From the human T2T-CHM13v2.0 reference genome, Homo sapiens, in assembly GCF_009914755.1 (NCBI RefSeq), contig NC_060927.1: a DNA stretch of 64,000 nucleotides. The stretch is one strand, 5' to 3'. The translations under genes were made by a program, and so were the position numbers. Positions 33,339-46,780 of the stretch are shown here, piece by piece (within the stretch, counting starts at the first letter, position 1; every line of letters starts with the position of its first letter). The notes beneath the pieces are model-generated. The model was not told the origin of the DNA. It searched no databases and saw nothing but the letters and a program-made list of their open reading frames with translations.

Positions 33339-33789
33339 TCATATGGTTTGGATCTGTGTCCCCACCCATATAGAAATGTAATCCCATTACGTTTAATCTC
33401 ACATAGATTACATGTAATCTCACATAGAAATGTAATCCCATTGCAATGTTGGAGGTAGGGCCTGGTGGGAGGTGATTGGATCACGGGGGTCAGATTTTCC
33501 CCTTGGTGCTGTGTTGAGATAGTGAGTGAGTTCTCGTGATATCTGCTTGTTAAAAAGTGTGTGGCACCTCCCCTTCTTCTCTCTCTTCCTCCTGCTCCTG
33601 CCATGTAAGACGTCTGCTCCCCCTTTGCCTTCCACCATGATTGTAAGTTCCTTGAGGCCTCCCCAGAAGCTGCTGCTGCTATGCTTCCTGTACAGCCTGC
33701 AGAACCATGGGCCAATTAAACCTCTTTTCTTTATAAATTACCCAGTCTCCGGTATTTCTTTACAGCAGTGCAAGAACCAACTAATAACA
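33339..33789 (+). mobile_element. MST (MaLR) solo LTR with internal short tandem duplications
   Basis: atatggtttggatctgtgtcccc...ccaccatgattgtaagttccttgaggcctcccc...aattaaacctcttttctttataaattacccagtctc...ctaata; repeated (ctca)catagaaatgtaatcccatt. Confidence 0.85.
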
Positions 33790-35095
33790 ATAGTAACTAA
33801 TACCTGGACTCCCCGCCACTGTTATAAGTACTTTACATTCGTTAACTCATGGGGTTACTCCCTTAATCCTGTGACTTGGGAAACAATCACCCCATTTTAC
33901 AGAGGAGGAAAGTGACACATGGTGAGATTAAGTAACTTGCCTGAAGTCACACTGAGTAAGTAAAAGCTAGGAGGAATCCAAATTTATACGACCCAATGTA
34001 TACCTCATCTTTTCAAAAACACAAATCTCAAGATTTTCTGTGTTTAATGTAAATATGATGGCCTTAAATATCAATTCAAAAGTATTCAGAATCCAGCTGA
34101 AAGCTGCCGGGACTTCTTGACTCCCCTGTGACACGAGTCATTACATATGCATAGGAATAGCCACCCCAGCTTTGGAAGAACCAAGAGGCAGCACATGCAA
34201 AGCGGATTGGCTGTCAGCCACCTCCCTGCTCTTGGAGCAGACATTCACCTTGATTGGAGCCAGGCCCACATTCACAATCCTTGTCTTCTTCTCTCCATGA
34301 GAAACAAATGCAGAGATGCCAGGGGTTCAAACCTGAATAGCTCGCATGAACACATACAACAAGGCACAATTTTTTCCAACATTCTTCATTCACAGAATTT
34401 CTCGGTTGAGCACTTCTGCTCTAATTTTCTTTCCAGATATGAATCAGTGTGAAATTATCTCCATTTATTCACTCCATATATGAATCAGTGTGACCTTACC
34501 TTCATGCAGTCAATCAACAAGTATCTATAGAGTCTCTACTGGGTGCCAGGCCCTGTTCCAAAAGCTAAATTCACAACAACAACTTATTCCTAATTCTTAT
34601 TCATTTCCTAGGAATGAGTGTCTTCCACAAGTTCCTTTTGGTCTCTGGAGGGGTTCGTACAGTGAAATCTTCAGAACATATGGTCAGAAACCTTGAAAAT
34701 TCCATGGGCTCAATTATTCCCAGTTAACCTAGCTCTATTAAAGAAAAGATTGTCCTGTCCCAACCCATTAGTTAAATCCATGGCACTCCAGCAAGCCTGC
34801 CTGGGGTGGGTTATGAGGCTTTGCTTCTCCCTCCATGTTGCTTCCTTTATTCTGGCTCTACCCTCCTTGCTCAGTTTGCAAGCTTTCTTCCATTTCCATT
34901 GGTCTCCATGCACCAACCGCAGAGCCACTTTCTCCTCCTCACCTCTGCAGAGCCAGACGCCTACTTCCTGCTTCTTTTCCCCAACCCTACCACCTCCTTC
35001 CCCAGCCCCCTTGGCTGCAGGAAACCACACAGCAGGACCATTCTACCTGGTCCACTAAACAAAGATAAAATTAAGGTCTATTAAAATGACATTGC

Positions 35096-35412
35096 AGCCA
35101 GGCACAGTGGCTCCCATCTGTAATCCCAGCACATTGGGAGGCCAAGGCAGGAAGATCACTTGAGCCCAGGGGTTCAAGACCGACCTGGGCAACATGGCAA
35201 GACCTCCTCTCTACAAAAAGATTGAAAAAAAAAAAGAAGAAAAAAAAGAAATTAGCTGAGTATGGTGGTATGCGCCCATGGTCCCAACTACTTGGGAGGC
35301 TGGGGTGGGAGGATCATTCAAGCCCAGGAGGTCAAGGCTACAGTGAGCCATGAGTGCACCACTGCACTCCAGCCTGGGCGACAGAGCAAGACCCTGTCTC
35401 AAAAAAAAAAAA
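35096..35412 (+). mobile_element. AluJ element
   Basis: agccaggcacagtggctc...gaccctgtctcaaaa; TSD-like tgacattgc on both sides. Confidence 0.9.
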
Positions 35413-36724
35413 GTGACATTGCATTTTCCCTAATAAAATGAATGCCTCCTACATTACCACACACAAATAAACAATGGAGGTAAATATGCAAGCTGACAAA
35501 AATTAAAACTTCTCTTAAACCCCACACCAACCCTACAGCATGTGGAAATGAAATATTACGGGGAGAGCCTCACATATCTGAGCAAAACAAAATAAAGACC
35601 AATAGCAAACCACAAAAGTTTTGTTTCCATGAGAGTAATTTTTATTTACCTGGCAGAGGTGCCAAGTTCATCAGATATATGCAACCTAATGAGTCATTCT
35701 CCTTCACTGCCTCTATTTAATGATCCGATTGAATGTCTCACAGCTTTTCCTTGAGGTGACCAAGATCCCATTTGTTTAAACATTCTATTAAACTTCTGAC
35801 AGTCATTTTCTACACATGCCATTATCTTCATCTCCTTTGAGGCAGGGTTGAACTTTAAGCTAGAGTTGACCAAGCTGGAGGTGGTTGAGGCATTTTATTT
35901 CATTTCAGGTCCTTGGCAGCTAACCCTGCACATTTGCTCCTAATGTCAGTTGCTTACTCTGTAACTCCCAAAGGCTCTGTCTTTCTAATTTTCAATCCAC
36001 CAGGATTCAGTGTGGCATTGCAAGCCCCACACTGTGTAGATGCACATTCTGTAAACTTTTCTTGCCTGGATTTTGAAAAAGGTTGTGTTTTTCCCCGTGA
36101 AAGACCCACCACAACTAGGCAATGCCACAAGAATATCAGCCTTCTCCTCCCCCCGAAGCAGCCGCTCTTCTTATTCACAGTAGCTGTTCCAGCCTCCCTC
36201 CCCCATCATTTGATGCTAAACTCAGCCCCTTTTCCAGAATCCAATGACAACAGGCATGTTGAACTTGTGAAGCTTTTATGAAGATGGTGAGGAGTCGCAC
36301 TGCAGGGCAGACAGATGGTGCTCCACCCCCAAATCCCACCAACAACTCCTTCTTTCCCTCAGTCTCTCCCTGGCCCAACCACCTGGGAGCCCCATGGTCT
36401 GACCGCCTCCTCCCCACTGCCAGACAGTGGTTCTAAAACTAGGAAATCACTGGAGGGGAGCTTTAAAAATTACAGGTGCCCGGGTTCTAACCCAGACATT
36501 CTGCTATCACTGGTCTGGGGTGTGGCCTGGGCATTGAAATTCTTTAAAGCCCATGAGGTCACAGCCCCAGACTACAGGTCCCCTCTCAGGCTGGGCCATT
36601 CTGCCCCATCCCTGGATTTGCAACCCCCACTCCTCTTGGAGTGAGCTGGGCATGTGATCTCCGATTTTCCACAGTCCCCACTTCTCCTTGTTGTCTCCCC
36701 ACACTGAGGCTGGGCATCCCTGAA

Positions 36725-37075
<351 letters not shown>

Positions 37076-37714
37076 TAGCTCAAAAGAAAGGTGTGTTTCT
37101 CATCGCCATGTCTATCAAAAAAGAGATGATCAATGAGGCTGTGGGTGTCTTCCGCCTGGCCTGTGTCATTCATTTACCTTGAGGGCATTTCAGTTTGTGA
37201 GCCTGACATGGTCCTCACATCATCCTATTATTATCATTCCTATTTTACAGGCAAGTAAACTGAGGCTCAAGGTCATACACCTTATGACTAGCAGATTCTC
37301 TCAGGTCAATTGAATCAAAAGCCCAAGCTCTTAAGATCTACAGGATCCTGCCCTCTTCAAGTGAGCTACCCTAGGACCCTACCCTGTACTATTCCCAGAG
37401 AGCACTGGCAGTTGGAAATTCCCCCTTAAATAAAGCCCCCCATCTGCTTCTCAGCTGCAAACATGACACACACATAGAAAGAGAGGGAGGGAAAGTGAGT
37501 TTGGGCGCCAGCTGCATGTTGGCTGACCAGCAGGTTCTGCTCAGCTGGGGACCAGCAGTGTCTTCACTATCTGGATGGACAGCCCTAGAGATGGGGCCCC
37601 AGGATTTCCACGGAGCCAGTGGCTGTGGGCTGGAAAGGAATCAAGGAACTCACAGCCAACAGGCAAGAAGCACAGGAACCCCTGGTTGACCAAAAGTGTG
37701 GGATTGACGGGGAA

Positions 37715-37992
37715 CAGAAAAGGCAGAGAGGAGGTGAGAACCTGGATCACAGCTCCTGATTTGGAGCAGAGGTTGAAAGGATGCCCTTTGGAGATGGAAG
37801 AAGGAACACAGGTGACCTCTGAAAGCTAGAAAAGGTAAGGCCATAGATTCTCCCCTAGAACCTCCAGAAGGAATGCAGCCCTGCTGATGCCTTGATTTGA
37901 GGACTCATGACCTGTAGAACTGTAAGATAATAGATCTGTGTTATTTTAAGATACATTTATGGTTATTACAGGAGCAATAGGAAACGAATACA
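37715..37992 (+). mobile_element. MLT1 (MaLR) LTR, 3' part
   Basis: gattctcccctagaacctccagaaggaatgcagccctgctgatgccttgattt...gcaataggaaacgaataca. Confidence 0.75.
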
Positions 37993-38017
37993 GTTAGAAG
38001 TTTGGGTCCTTCTAGCA

Positions 38018-38494
38018 TGTATTAGTTTGCTAGGGTTGCCATGACCACCGACTCGGGGCTTACATAGCAGAAATGGATTGTCCCACAGTTCTGGAGGCTG
38101 GACATCCGAGATCAAGGTGGGCAGTCATGCTGCCTCTGAGGGCGCCAGGGTAGGCTCGATTCTAGGCCTCTCTCTGAGCTGCTGGTAGTTCCCTGGCTTG
38201 TGGCAGCAGAACTCCAATCTTCACATTGTGTTTTGTGTGTGTGTGTGTGTGTGTGTGTGTTTGTGTGTGTGTATGTGTCTATATATTCAAATTTCCCCAT
38301 TTTATAAGAATATTATATTGGCTGGAATCTAATATTACCAGTCATATTGGATTCCAGCCAACCTCAATGACTTAATAGCTTCATCTTAACTCTGATCATC
38401 TGCAGAGATCCTATTTCCAAATAAGGTCCTATTCACAGGTACTGGAGGTCAGGACTTCTACAGCTTTTGAGGGAATACAGTTCAACCCCTAACA
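38018..38494 (-). mobile_element. MLT1 (MaLR) solo LTR containing a (TG)n microsatellite
   Basis: tgtattagtttgctagggttgccat...cacagttctggaggctgg...cagttcaacccctaaca. Confidence 0.8.
38235..38277. repeat. (TG)n microsatellite
   Basis: Directly visible TG run with minor interruptions. Confidence 0.9.
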
Positions 38495-39982
38495 CACCAT
38501 TATTCCTAAAAGCTGCCCTCCTCTACAAATCGCAGGGAAGGAGGGCAATAATTATTTCCCTGCAAGAAAATGACCCTCCAACTTCCTCTGTCTGTTCCCC
38601 AAGCTCCCTCTCTCTGTTCCCCAGAGGCCAACACCCAGTGCTCTGGGGCAGTGTTCACCTCCCCCACTGACTCGATGGAACTTCAGCACACGCTGCAGGG
38701 ATCTGGGGGTGCTCAAGGGCCTCCCTCATTCCCTACGAGACTGGGAAATCCTCCCAGGCAGGAGCCATGTCCGTCCGTGATCCTAGGGCTTCCTCCCAGT
38801 GTTTGCCACCTGCCTACCCCAGCAGGCAGCGTGCCAGGCCCTCTGTTCATCACTGTTTTTTCTTGTCTGCCTCCCCAGCAGAACTGTGCAATCTACCAGG
38901 TCAGGGTTCAAGTCTTCTTCACTGTTTTATCCTCAGCATCTGCTATGTGCTGCACACCCAGTAAGCGTTTGTTGAAATCATGCATTATTCATCTTTGTTT
39001 CCCATCCACTGAGCCTAGGAAAAACACCAGCATGAAGTCACTATGTGTTGAATGAAAATATAGCCCCTGGAAAGCTTCCCTCAATGCAGAAGAGTTGAGT
39101 TCAACCTGTTTTCAAAAAAGGCAGTGTGGTGTATGAGGTGGGGCGTGCTCTGAATCTCTAGGGCAGCGTGTGTGGCTCACATCTGAGGCTTAGGCCAGAT
39201 GAAATTGAAGCCAGCTCTTTTTGACTCAAACCAAGATCCTCTGGGAGGCTAAGTAGACAGAGACAAGGAGAAATGATGACTTATCTCTCATCCTCACCCC
39301 TCAAGAATTCTGCAGAATGAGGTTGCAGACAGAACCAAGGGCTCATCTTCAGGGCACCCAGTCTCTGGAACATCCATTTGGTCTGGGGTATACATCACAG
39401 AGCTCAAAGAGACATGCAGAAACCCCAGCCCAGAGAGCCCCGCCCAAGTGTCAGGACTCTGTGAATTCATGAAGACGTTCTGAATGCCAAAGCACCTGAT
39501 ATTCTCAGAGACTGAGGCCCACCCTGGGCCTTGCTGAAAGTAAACAGCAAACGCTGTTCCCACCCACAAGAATACACGCCCCTTCCCCAGAGCCTGCTCC
39601 AGCATGGTCTCTGAACAGGGAGTTTTCACTGTTGGTCCTGAAGGCTGGAAAATTTTCCATCTCTTTTCTTTCACCTGGGAAGCAAAGCAGGTTCTACCTG
39701 AGTATGGCAAGGGCCAGTCTCCCCTGTCCTGGCATCTGCTCTTGGAGGGGAGTATGGCAACTTGGGGTTCACTTACTCATTCTCATTGTCTGATGGATAA
39801 TCAAGTCGGGTGGAAGGAATCCCAGTTAGATATGGGACTCAACTCAGAGCTATTTTCCCCCAGGTGGGAGAAGTAGGTAAGGAGAGCGAGTCTGTACTGG
39901 CTCGAACGTGAAACCGAGGCCGTCCAGACATGGCTCGGGACAGCACCAGCCCAAGACGGCTCTGATGACCCAGGACTCTACA

Positions 39983-40350
39983 CAGGGTCTGCAAACTGCA
40001 TACAGCCCATGAGCCAAAATCGTGTTTTTACAATCTGGCTGCCACTTATTTTTGTAAATAAAGTTTTACTGAGACACAACCATAGCCCCTTCATTTACGC
40101 ATTTTCTACAGCAGCTTTTGAGCTACAAGGGCAGAGGTGAGTAGTCGCGACAGAGACCACATGGCCCACGAAATCTGAAACCAGGGCAGTGCAACCCATA
40201 GGGCCCCATGCTTGGGAGATGCCACAGCTTGATTTCACCATGTTGAAATTTTTAATCATTTTTAAACAAGAGCTGAATTTTTGTTTTTCTCTGGACCCCT
40301 CAACTTATATAGCCAGTCCTGCCTGAAAGATTTACTATATGGTCCTACAG
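39983..40350 (+). mobile_element. MER58A-like hAT element interrupted by a MER53-like hAT element (40182-40321)
   Basis: cagggtctgcaaact...ttttgtaaataaagttttactgagacac...cagagaccacatggccc, then cagggc...agggccccatgcttgg...tagccagtcctg, after which MER58 resumes (atttactatatggtcc). Confidence 0.65.
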
Positions 40351-42204
40351 TTTGCCCTGTTCTTCTCCTTTTTTAGCTCTTGGTTCCCTTTCACTCTTCT
40401 ACCTTAATGTTTCTGGACCCAGGAAGCCAGCCCCTTTCGGAAGCAGTCTATTATATCTCTGGGAAACTTTGAGGCAGTCCTTCCTGGTACCCTTACCGAG
40501 AACTATATCAGCTATCATTATCAGTGGGGCCAACGATGACCCAGGCCCTGGGTTGAGTCAAGCGAAAGTCTGCCACTTACTCACCAGTCCTTGGGACCTC
40601 CCAGAATAAATCTCATCCCTTATGCCTTCAGAGATTTGAGGAAAGTTCTTCCGTCCCTCTCTCTGAGTCTTCTCTTTAGAACCCAAAATTGTCTGTTTCT
40701 CACAAGACATGTTTCAAGCTCTTTCTTAAAGGAGCTTCCTTCCTCTATAGAGATGATCTAGTTTCCCAACACCCCTCTTCAAGCATGGAGCCCCACTAGA
40801 CCTCCAAGCGTAGTCTGACCAGTGCACAGTTGAGTAGGACAGTCACCTCCATTATTCTAGAGTGTTCATCTCTATTGATGCATCCTAAGATCACTCTGTC
40901 TATTTTGGAACCCATTCCAAAAATCTCCCAGATCCCTCATGGTAGGAAAAGATGGTCCGTTATGCTCATTATATAGGTGAGTAAACCAAAGTTTGGGAGG
41001 GAGTGGCCTGCTCATGGACATATAGCAGTTCTGTCTCCAAATCCCAAGCTCTCCAGTCCACCAACTGAGATTTTTGGGCCCTCGGTTTCTACATCTGTAA
41101 AATGGAAAAGCTGGGTCTCTTCGAGCTCGAGCATACTGTGATTTGTTTTCTAAATGCAGACCCCAAAAGCCAAGTCATGAAGAAAACAGAAGCTCTCAAT
41201 CCAGATCTAAAACTTGTAGGAAAAACAAAAAAAAGCTTCCTTTCCTGCTGATCATTCTAGAGTTACTAGCCTTGGAAACATTTGCATGAGTGATCAATCT
41301 TGCTTGTTAACAGTAGCCCTAGACTTGTTAGCTCACTGAGTTTTCAGTCCATGGTACCATTACTTTCTTAGTGACTCAGCTCATGTAAATCTTTCCCTTT
41401 CCCATTACTTCCCCTTTGGACCCTCCACAAATGTGTCTTCCTGCACATCCCATTTTCAAAATTCTTTTCTCTCTCTTTTCCCTGGCAAGCCAAATAACAA
41501 CAACAACGACAAAAATCCTTTGAAATAAGAACGCTGTGTCCTCTATAAAACCCCAGATACAAAATGGGCTCCGGAAAGCCACTCTCTCTCCTTAATTGCT
41601 TTCTCTTGTTAGCTGCATCACCCCAGGGTTGACTTGAAAGTTTCATCTGTCAGTACGTTCTCTTCGTAACATTTTTTCTGTGAGTACACAGCCCCTCTGG
41701 TGCCCCATTAGGTTTTCCCACTGAGTGCGGGGGCACAGACTCATGCGTGGGGAATACAGGCAGGTTTTACCATCCAAACTTGACAAGGACCCCAGGCCTC
41801 AGAGAGGGGGCTCAGAGTTGCTTCACGATAGGGCCAAGAAACAACTAATGGTTCCCGGCTTCAGTGCTCTTTTCACCAGTGAGGTTTTTAGAAATACAAT
41901 TGTCATAAGAAAGTGAGAGATGACCCTTTCTCTGCCTCTGGCATCTGGCCCTTTCCTCTCTGCCTCTCTGAGTCCACTCATCCTTCTGGCCCAGCTGAAG
42001 TACACTTCCTTCCTGTGAAATCCACAATGTGTGTTAGTTGCTCCACTCCCTTGGCCCTCAGCACCGATCACCAGCTAGGGGCACTGACCCTTTCAGATAA
42101 CAAATGAGCCTCCTTACACACACCAAGGATGCCTAGGAAGGAAGCCAAGCACATAATGATTCTCAACAAACAGTAGTTGCTATTGCCATTAGCGCTCATT
42201 GATC

Positions 42205-42620
42205 CAGTGACTATGGTTGTGAAACAAGCTCCCCCAAATTCCAGTGACATAAAAAAATGATTATGATCGTGAACTGTGTGGTTTAGATATTCAAACAGGA
42301 CACAGAGAAGACAGTTTCTCTGTTTCATGGTGTCTGAGGCTTCAGCTGGAAGACAGGAAGGTTGGGGATGACTTGAAGACTGGCGACTGGGAACATCCAA
42401 AACTTTGTTCACCCTCATGCCTGATGCTGATGTTGGTTGACAGCTGGAGCCTCAGCTCCTCTCTATGTGGTTTTCCCACATAGGCTGGTGTGGACTTCCT
42501 CCCAGCGTGGTGACTGAGGTCCAAGGACAAGAATCCTGAGAGGAGAGAGCCAGGAAGCCAGCCAGGGAGGGAACACAGACCCTCCCTCTTGGTGGAAGGA
42601 GTGTCAATCTCATCACCTTT
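42205..42620 (-). mobile_element. Old MLT1 (MaLR) LTR
   Basis: aacaagctcccccaaattccagtgacataaaa...ggtgtctgaggcttcagctggaagac...ggacttcctcccagcgtggtgactgagg. Confidence 0.6.
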
Positions 42621-43414
42621 GGAAAAGATGGCCTTCCATAATCATTATTACTATGTCATTATTATTACTTCCCCTTTAGGATGATGAGTTCTTCTAGGTG
42701 GCTCTTCCATCCCTGGCGACAAGACTGCCATTAGCTGGCCCACCTTTCACCAGACATATCTGGTTCTACAGTGCACAAAGCTTAAGCTCAGGCTTAGATC
42801 CCTGCCACGTCCCTTGTGAATACAAGCAGCAATGTTCTTTTTTTGTTACAATCTCTTTGCAGAATATTCATGTACCTGGGACCAGGGGGACCTGGGGACC
42901 CAGGCAAGGGAATGGAAAAGCAACAAAAAAAGTTACCTCTTAATCCTAAGCGACTTAGGGACAGTTTTCTGGTTGCCCACCATTTATCCCTAGTAACACT
43001 GTGGGGGGGCCGAAAATGTGCTCAAGCTAAAAAACCTACAGTTCCATCATCGTTTGCCAAGACAGGAGTGACCAATGAGATATAAACAGAAGTAGTTGGG
43101 TTGGACTTCTAACAAAGCTTTATAACAGAGCCGACTCAGTTCGCAGATGTCGTTTCTTGTCCCTGCCCCTTCCTCTTTCTTCTTATCCAGACTCAGAGAT
43201 GATGATTGGAGGAGCAGTAGACATCTTGTGCCTATGAGGTGGCTTTCGGGCTAGCAGAACAGAAGGATGGGAGTCCAGATGTCTGAAGACATCATGGAGC
43301 CACTATAATATTTCTGAACTACTTGTGTTAAGTGAGAAAAAAAGTTCCTACCTTATTCAAGTCACTATTACTTTTGCATCCTTTGTGTTACTAGCCAGGT
43401 GTAATTATTGATAA

Positions 43415-44050
43415 AGCCTAAATCACCTCTGGTTTTCCCCCTCCTACCTCAAACTTCACCCAGCTCCAATCCACCCTCCACCTGGCCACCAGGGAGCTTC
43501 CTCACACACAAATCTGATACCGACCCTGTCCTGCTTTGAAGCCTTCAATGGCTTTCCAGCACCCCTAGACAAAATCCACATTCTTTAGTATGACATTTGG
43601 GATGCTGCACACCCAGGCCTGAGCTGAGCTGTATCTCCTGCCTCAACCCCAGACACCCTGTGCTCCAGCCACTCCACACTTTTCAACATTCCTGTCTATA
43701 CCACTCCTCAATATCCACAATCCTGTAACTTGAAGTGTTCTAGGTGCTGAGCTCCTGCTTGTCATTCGATACCTATCTGCAAAGCCACCTCCCACAGGAA
43801 GTCTTCCCCGGTGTCCTCAGAGTAAGTTACTGACTCCTATGGACTTCTAAGACCAGCTCTTTGTAAAATATCTCTGATCTGTGGCACTTACCGCACAGTA
43901 TTATAATCACTTATTGTTTTAATTAGTCTCCCCACCTTGACTGGGAGCACTTCAAGGCGGACAGAGCCTTGTTGGTCTGTTTATCCCCAGCTATTAGCAA
44001 ATCCTGAATGAAGGAGTGAATAGACAGGTAAATGGAAGCACAGACCCTGA
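43415..44050 (-). mobile_element. L2 LINE fragment
   Basis: ccttcaatggctttcc...aaaatccacattctttag...cacctcccacaggaagtcttccc...tgaatgaaggagtgaa (L2 3' end in antisense). Confidence 0.6.
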
Positions 44051-44819
44051 CCCCTGAGGATTCAGAGTTGCCATCCTTCATGCTGCTGGAGCCCAGGGGA
44101 AGGCTGAGTTAGAAGAGGGCACAGAAAAACCGAGCAGGTATCTAAGAGAGGTGCACCCCACTGATGCATGTGGAGTGTCTGGGACCCAAGAAAATCCTGG
44201 AAGCTGTCACTAGGGCAGGGTGAAGGGTAGCACGAACATGGACTTCATGTTCCCCCCACCGGGCATATCCCAGTGCAGGCTCCAGACGGCAGACGAGGGG
44301 CAGCCCCACAGCAGCTTCCTCTCCCTGTTTCATCCCCAGCCTGGCCCCACACCACAGTCCATCAACTCCTGCTCCAGGTGGAAACCTCAGAAACCCACAA
44401 AGCTCGGACCTGCTCCAGGTCACCAAGCAGCAGGGCCAGGCACTGGCAATCCAACGAGAAGCCCCACTACATCGCATTCCAGCTCCTGAAGCCATTCCCT
44501 GGGTAGGAGAGCCCTGATTGTTATTATCATCTCTCCATTTTACAGATGGGGACAGAGTGGCCTAGAGAGGTGAAGTGTGCCAAAGGTCACACAGCCAGCC
44601 AGAGGCAGAGGAGGGACTAACCCCACTTCCCTCCACGGGCAGTGCACCCCAAAGGAGCCAAAATGCTGACAGCAGTGGGGCAAATTCCAGGGGCCCCGGA
44701 GCGACCGCCGAGTTGGCCACAGCCACACGATGCATAGGAAACGCTAGGCCCTCTGCACCCTCTCCTGAGGCCCAGTGCCCTGAGGCAGCCCCCTTTAAGG
44801 AGCGATCGGCCTTCCAGAA

Positions 44820-45330
<511 letters not shown>

Positions 45331-45894
45331 TAAATCACCGAAGGATCTTTAGCAAAATCAAGAGCAAAAAATTAGCCTCATCTCCATGACCTAAGTGCTA
45401 ATCAGGGCAGGAGGAGCGAGTCACAAAGAAAATCCCTCCTTACTACTGTGACGCTCCTGCCACTCACTCCTGGCTCTCACCCTGGGAGGAACAGGAACGG
45501 GCGGCCAAGTTGGGCTCCTTTCTGTGCCAAGGGGCATTTCTGCGGTCTCTCCAGTGGGTGCAGGGTTAATCCCCAGAGGGCAGCTTCCAGCAGGGCCGGC
45601 AGCCCCTCGAGGTACACTCACTCCCCCAGAGCACTGCCCAATATCTGTCCCCAAGGCCGAGGGCCATGCCCAGCCCTCCCCTAGCTACCCCCTCACCCCA
45701 GGTCTAGTGGCCAGGACAGGGCAGACGGCACCCGGGACCCTCGAAGAGAAAGCTCGGGGTTGTCTAGCCCTCAGGGAGTCTCTCAGCGTCTGAAGTTGGG
45801 CCTCTTCCCTCGCCTCCTGGTGACACTAGCGGCCCTGCTGCCTCCAGGCCCACACCTTCAATCCAACTTCCAGCCAGTACCCAGAGGGATCTTT

Positions 45895-46180
45895 CTTTTT
45901 TCTTTTTGAGACAGTCTCTCTCTGTCCCCAAGGCTGGAGTGCAGTCGCACACTCACGCCTCACTGCAGCCTCAACCTCCCAGGCTCAAGTGATTCTCCCT
46001 CCTCCACCTCCTGATTAGCTGGGACCACAGGCGAGTGCCACCATGCCCAGCTAATTTTTGTATTTTTAGTAGAGACTGGGTTTCATTATGTTGACCAAGC
46101 TGGTATCAAACTCTTGGGCTCAAGTGATCCTCCTGCCTCCCAAAGTGCTGGGATTACAGGTGCAAGACTCCACAACTGGC
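45895..46180 (-). mobile_element. AluJ element
   Basis: ttttgagacagtctctctctgtcccc...cactgcagcctcaacctcccaggctcaagtg...ctcccaaagtgctgggattacagg. Confidence 0.88.
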
Positions 46181-46315
46181 TCAGAGGTACCTTTCTAAAG
46201 CAGAATTCCTCCAAGAAGGGTCCCCAGCCACCAGCATCTGAGTCACTGGAGGGGCTGTTAAGAGGCCAGTGTCTGAGGCCTCTCAGATCCTACTGAAAGC
46301 ATTGGAATCTCAGGC

Positions 46316-46780
46316 CAGTGCTGTCCAATAGGGATACTGTTACCACAAGGAATTTAAAATTTTCTAGCAGCCACATTTTAAAATGCGAAAGCAAACAGGT
46401 GAAATTAATGTTCCTGATATTTCTTACTTAACCCTATATATCTAAAATAGTATTATTTCAACATGTAAGCAATATAAAACAATTATCAATGAGCTATTGT
46501 ACAGTCTTCAAGTTTGAAATCCAGTGTGCTTCCTATACCCACAGTATATTTCAGTTCAGACCCCACATTTTCATCCGAAATGCTTGTTCTGCATTTAGAT
46601 TTCATAAAATGTACATGTGAAAATCGATTCGCATGCCTGTACTGTTTCAAACATTCTGCAAAAATTTTTCAATAATGAAATCGGGGTTTACATTTTAATT
46701 AAAGTTAAACAAAATCTAGAATTCTTCAGTTTCACTAGCCACATTTCAAGCGCTCAAAGCTCCTGGCCACTGGATCAGAC
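46316..46780 (+). mobile_element. MER3/MER33-like hAT-Charlie DNA transposon remnant
   Basis: cagtgctgtccaatag...aatttaaaattttctagcagccacatttt...ttcactagccacatttcaagcgctcaa. Confidence 0.65.
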
